Shown here: positions 25,157 to 28,959 of the stretch, piece after piece
Numbering within the stretch: the stretch's first letter is position 1
Layout of the letters: the number at the start of each line of letters is the position of its first letter
Origin: Nitrospinota bacterium
GTDB lineage: Bacteria > UBA8248
Assembly: GCA_046581755.1 (NCBI GenBank)
Contig: JAYGFR010000279.1
Span: 1-28,959, forward strand
Length of the DNA: 28,959 nucleotides
Reading direction: 5' to 3'
Program-made: the position numbers and the translations under genes
Notes under the pieces: generated by a model
Told to the model about the DNA's origin: nothing
Database searches by the model: none
What the model saw: only the letters and a program-made list of their open reading frames with translations

Positions 25157-26029
25157 ATGGGCGAAAAACTGGGAATGATCGGACTCGGAAAAATGGGCAT
25201 CGCGCTCTCGAAGGAATTCATCGCCGAGGGGCACGAGATGATCGGCTACGACGTCGACGAGGGGCGGATGAAAATGCTCGAAGATTTGGGCGGAAGCCGC
25301 GCCGCCTCGGCCAAGGATATCGCAGAGCAGTGCGGCATCACCTTTTCCATCCTCCTCAAGGAGGCCCACATCGAGGAGAACACGTTCGGGCCAAACGGAA
25401 TCGCCAAGGCCGGGAAACAGGGCCTCATCCACGTCGAGATGAGCACCATGAAGCCCGCCTTCCAGGCCGGCATGGCCAAGCGCCTCGCCACGGAGGGGAT
25501 CGTCATGCTCGACGCGCCGATCTCGGGCTCCCATCCCCGGGTGGCCTCGCGCCAGATTTCGATGATGATCGGCGGAGAGAAGGCCGCCTTCGACCGGGTC
25601 CTCCCGATCCTCGACCCGATCACCTCGAGCGTCGTTCTCATGGGAGAGAACGGAAAGGGCGCGACCATGAAGATCGTCACCAACCTTTTTGTGAATTCGT
25701 GCACCGCCCTCATCGCCGAGATGCTCCTCACCGGACAACGGGCGGGGCTCTCGAACGAGGCGATGATGGAGTGCCTCATGGCGAGCACGGTGAAGGGAAC
25801 GATGCTCGAAAACACCGCCCCCCGGTTATTCAGCCGGGATTGGGAGGCGCGCGGCGCGGTCGAGATTTTCGTCAAGGACATGGGCCTGGCCATCGATCTC
25901 GCCAAGGAGAACGGGGTCGAGCTCGCCGTCGTCCCCGCCGCCCGAGAGATGTTCAAGCGCGCCGAGGCCGCCGGCTGGGGCAAGGACGACGCCACCCGCG
26001 TCTTAGAGGTCTACGAGGGGAAGGACTAG
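25157..26029 (+). CDS. NAD(P)-dependent beta-hydroxyacid dehydrogenase (HIBADH/GarR family)
   Basis: IGLGKMG, EMST, DAPISG, catalytic KIVTN, KDMGLA. Confidence 0.93.
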   Translation: MGEKLGMIGLGKMGIALSKEFIAEGHEMIGYDVDEGRMKMLEDLGGSRAASAKDIAEQCGITFSILLKEAHIEENTFGPNGIAKAGKQGLIHVEMSTMKPAFQAGMAKRLATEGIVMLDAPISGSHPRVASRQISMMIGGEKAAFDRVLPILDPITSSVVLMGENGKGATMKIVTNLFVNSCTALIAEMLLTGQRAGLSNEAMMECLMASTVKGTMLENTAPRLFSRDWEARGAVEIFVKDMGLAIDLAKENGVELAVVPAAREMFKRAEAAGWGKDDATRVLEVYEGKD

Positions 26030-26036
26030 TAGAGGG
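25980..26036 (+). repeat. Direct repeat copy 1 (3' end of dehydrogenase gene)
   Basis: 50/57 ungapped identity to 27260-27316. Confidence 0.9.
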
Positions 26037-26038
26037 CC

Positions 26039-26058
26039 TCCTCCCTGAAACGGGAGGA
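26039..26058. terminator. Hairpin between convergent genes, possible terminator
   Basis: TCCTCCC-TGAAAC-GGGAGGA; no good U-tract. Confidence 0.35.
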
Positions 26059-26078
26059 CACTTTCCACCGGGGGAGGC

Positions 26079-26939
26079 TTAGGCTTTCAGCAGCGCCTCT
26101 GAGTATTCCATTTCCATCCGCAGCCTGAGATACAACTCTTCGATGTCCTGCGGGAAAAACCCGAAGGGAATTTGGTTCCCTTCGAGCAGCCGCATGGTGA
26201 ATTCGGAGTTGACTTTTTTCATTGATATAAAATGGGCTAGGGTGTCCGCGAAATTGACGATGCGGATCAGCTCATTGTAATCGCCTTCCAGGTCCGTTCC
26301 GTGGTGAAGCGCAATGGCCGAGGCCAGCTTGTCCGGCAGGTTCCAGTTTCTCGCCAGGAAAAATCCGGCCGTGCAGTGGTCGAAGCCGTAGGCATCGGCC
26401 TCCTTCTCATGATAATGGGGCATGAAATCCTTTTCCCTGTCTCAGGACATATCCTTTTGGGTCTCTCGGATGACACGATCCATCGCCTGCTTCCCGATGT
26501 CGTGAAGCAGGCCCGCCGAAAACGCCAGGTCGTGGTCTTCGCCGCCGATTTTTTCGGAGATTTGCCTTGACGCGAATGCCGCCGTCACTGAATGGAACCA
26601 GAACTCTTCCGCCATGATCCCGTAGCCCGGAATGGATCTGCGCAAGACCTCGGTGGTGGCCCACATGATGGCGATGTCCCGGATATTGATATTGCCCAGC
26701 AGGCCCACCGCAACCTTCAGGCTGGAGACCCTATCGCGCACTCCGAAATACGCCGAATTGATGGTCTTAAGCACCTTGGCGGCGATGGCCGGATACAGCG
26801 AGACGCAATGAAGCAATTCATCCCGGGAAACGTCATCGCTGCCCGTCAGCTCCAGGATCTTGTGAAACACATCGGATATAGGCGGAAGAGGGTCGATCTC
26901 GGAGAGCGTTTTTTCCAGGAAGGAACTGCGCACACTCAT
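26079..26939 (-). pseudogene. HDOD-domain protein interrupted by an in-frame TGA
   Basis: LPPIS...PAIAAKVLKTINSAYFG...FWFHS...AGLLHDIGK then E...GFDHC.AG..LA..WNLP..L..AI..HH. The two ORF-track pieces are in the same frame, separated by TGA at 26444-26442; read-through gives 286 aa. Confidence 0.9.
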
Positions 26940-27259
26940 GGCGGCAACCCCGACGGGCGATTCGAATGTCCAAATGCAAAAATACTTGAATAATATTTTA
27001 CGCTTAACGCCCGGACGAACACAATTTCAGGATTTTCACCTTGAGCATTTTCATCAGAAATAATTTCAAAAAACAACAACGTATTCACAAAATTTATTAG
27101 TGGAGCCGAAACACCATTATTTTTTTCCGGGCGGGCAACCGCGTTTATCGATCCGGGTTTACCGGAGAAATCCTCCATTGCGGGGGTCATGACGAAACCC
27201 CTCCGCTATCGAGACGATGAGGAAGGGGAAAAGCAACACGCCGAATCACTGGCGGCGGT

Positions 27260-27316
27260 GCAAGGACGACACTACCCGCGTCATCGAGGTCTACGAGGAG
27301 AAGGACCGGTAGAGGG
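27260..27316 (+). repeat. Direct repeat copy 2 (displaced gene 3' end, att-like scar)
   Basis: Translates KDDTTRVIEVYEEKDR* versus KDDATRVLEVYEGKD* in copy 1. Confidence 0.9.
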
Positions 27317-27336
27317 ATCAAAAAGAATGAACCGAA

Positions 27337-27561
27337 TCAGGCGGCGAACTGGAGGACTTCGACCTCGCCGCCCCTGCGCGCGGCCTCTTCGGCCAGCGCC
27401 AGCACCGAGCCCGCGATGTCGTCCCGAAGGTAGTGCTCTCCACAATTTTCGCAGATGTCGGCGGGAACCCCTTTGATCACCGCCGTCGTGCCCTCGCGTG
27501 TCAAGGCGACGGTCGTCTCGCCGGGGCGGGTTTCCCCGTGTTTGCAGATGGAGCACTTCAT
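27337..27561 (-). CDS. YgiT-type zinc-finger / MqsA-family antitoxin-like protein, 74 aa
   Basis: MKCSIC..G...G.TTV.L.R....VIKGVPA.ICENCGE.Y; AGGAGG RBS. Confidence 0.9.
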   Translation of the reverse strand: MKCSICKHGETRPGETTVALTREGTTAVIKGVPADICENCGEHYLRDDIAGSVLALAEEAARRGGEVEVLQFAA

Positions 27562-27626
27562 CGGGACCTCCTTCTTCTGAAGCCGGGCTCCCACAAGAGC
27601 GGGCTCGGGTCGTATGCGGTAATAAT
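27558..27626 (-). pseudogene. C-terminal stub of a DUF4258-type toxin partner
   Basis: Manual translation IITAYDPSPLLWEPGFRRRRSR*, with ATGA overlap onto the antitoxin start; no start codon or N-terminal region present. Confidence 0.75.
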
Positions 27627-27634
27627 CCCCCCCG

Positions 27635-28489
27635 TCACACCTCGACTTTCGTCCCCACACTGCAAAAGAAAAACCGCTCGCCGAACTCGGCGGCCATGCG
27701 GGCGGCCACTTTCTGGCCGGTGCAGTGGGAGACGCCGATGCGCCCGATGTCGAATTCGTGCAGCGCGGCGATGCTTTTGGATATCTGGTCCTCCTCGACC
27801 GGGCCGAGGTGGGTCCCGCCCATGACGGTGTGAAACCGGGACTTGCCGGTCTTCTCGGTGATGTAGGTCAGAATGTTGATCACCCCGGCGTGCGAGCAGC
27901 CGAGAACGACGAACAGGCCCTCTTCGGTGTCGATAATGACGGTCTGATCGTCCCGGATGGGGTCCACGACAAGCTCCTCAGCCTCGCCGTAGTGCTTTAG
28001 GTTCTGATCGCCTATTTCGTAAGAGGATTTCCGGGGCACCTCCCCGGTCATGAAAATGCCCTCCTCCACCTCTCTCCACCCGGTTTCGAGGCGGAAATCC
28101 GCCCCCGCCGCCTCGAGGACGGACCGCGTATGGGGCACCCCGATGTGCCGCCGCGGCTTGTCTTTATCCGTGCGGAAGCTGTCCTTGAACAGGTCCGGGT
28201 GGGCATGGATGGGGACGCCGCTCCCCGAAAGCCCGCCGCGCATGGCCTTCATCGCGTCGAGCAGCCCGCCCGTGTGGTCGCTGTGGTGATGGCTGATCAG
28301 AACGCCCTTCGCGGCCGTGAGATCCTTTTGGAAAAACCCGGCGTTGTTCAGCAGCCCCTTGCCCTGTCCGGTGTCGAAGAGGAATTCGCCGCGTGGCGTT
28401 TCGAGCCAGACCGACCAGCCGTGCTCCGCGATGGCGCCGATATTGCCGTAGACCGCGTTCTCGCATAAAACCGTCGCCCTGACGCTCAT
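27635..28489 (-). CDS. MBL-fold metallo-hydrolase (COG1237-like)
   Basis: AEHGWS, LFDTGQG, SHHHSDHTGG (HxHxDH), DDQ, GCSHAG, GGTHL, SHCTG. Confidence 0.93.
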   Translation of the reverse strand: MSVRATVLCENAVYGNIGAIAEHGWSVWLETPRGEFLFDTGQGKGLLNNAGFFQKDLTAAKGVLISHHHSDHTGGLLDAMKAMRGGLSGSGVPIHAHPDLFKDSFRTDKDKPRRHIGVPHTRSVLEAAGADFRLETGWREVEEGIFMTGEVPRKSSYEIGDQNLKHYGEAEELVVDPIRDDQTVIIDTEEGLFVVLGCSHAGVINILTYITEKTGKSRFHTVMGGTHLGPVEEDQISKSIAALHEFDIGRIGVSHCTGQKVAARMAAEFGERFFFCSVGTKVEV

Positions 28490-28523
28490 GAATCGAACCT
28501 CCTTTCCGGGAAAAGAAATTGCC

Positions 28524-28958
28524 CTACCCCAACGACGCGCCGGGGGAGAGGGCCTCCATCTCGGTCATCACCTCGATGACCGCGGGGCGGCCCGCGCCGA
28601 GGGCCTTTTCCATCGCCGGGGCGATCTCCTCGGGCCGCTCGACCCGGATGCCCAGCGCGCCCATCTCCTCGGCGATCCGCGCGAGATTCACCTGGGTGAA
28701 TTTCCACATCGTGCCCCACTGGTCCGACGGGTTCCCGTCGTAGGCCTTGGTGTAAACGTTGATCTCCTGATTCATGGAGTTGTTGTTGTTCACCACCGTC
28801 ACCGAGTTGATCCCGAAACGCACGGCGGTCTCGACCTCCTGCATGTGGTACCAGTAGCCGCCGTCCCCGGTGAAGCAGACCACCGCCCGGTCCGGGAGGG
28901 CCACCTTCGCCCCGAGCGAGGCCGGGAACGCCCAGCCGAGGGAGCCCGCGCAGCGGAT
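28524..28958 (-). CDS. Thiamine pyrophosphate-dependent enzyme (acetolactate synthase-like), C-terminal part (5'-partial)
   Basis: GSLGWAFPASLGAK...TGDGG...VNNNN TPP-binding motif; frame open to the window edge. Confidence 0.93.
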   Translation of the reverse strand: MRCAGSLGWAFPASLGAKVALPDRAVVCFTGDGGYWYHMQEVETAVRFGINSVTVVNNNNSMNQEINVYTKAYDGNPSDQWGTMWKFTQVNLARIAEEMGALGIRVERPEEIAPAMEKALGAGRPAVIEVMTEMEALSPGASLG

Positions 28959-28959
28959 G

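Noticed and set aside
26442..26444. Selenocysteine recoding of the HDOD UGA
   Set aside because: Position is a non-catalytic linker and only a weak downstream stem is present.
26936..27190. 84-aa ORF upstream of the HDOD gene
   Set aside because: Runs through an AT-rich promoter-like tract with no recognisable protein features.

Overview
High-GC bacterial chromosomal window, mostly housekeeping and metabolic genes; no CRISPR array, tRNA, rRNA or prophage recognised. Left to right: right end of an IS5-family element; YqgE/AlgH-like gene; a lipoprotein; a small ribbon-helix-helix (RHH) regulator divergent from an atypical DnaJ-like gene, with two palindromic operators between them; a frameshifted GGEEF diguanylate cyclase; a minus-strand run of histidine kinase, sigma54 response regulator, tmk, holB, ricT/PSP1, metG and a TatD-radical SAM fusion; CIRCE-hrcA-dnaJ-(double MaoC)-prmA with no grpE/dnaK; a short promoter-to-terminator structured RNA candidate before purD; a catabolic-type cluster (Zn-ADH, MaoC, amidohydrolase, Gfo/Idh/MocA, HIBADH-like); a 1.28-kb islet carrying an interrupted HDOD gene and bracketed by a duplicated gene 3' end; an orphan YgiT/MqsA-type antitoxin behind a toxin stub; an MBL hydrolase; a partial TPP enzyme. 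Strongest non-obvious signals: the RHH dual-operator switch (2157-3396), the attenuator/sRNA before purD (19823-19931) and the direct-repeat-bounded islet (25980-27316). All family calls come from motif recognition by eye; no database search was run.
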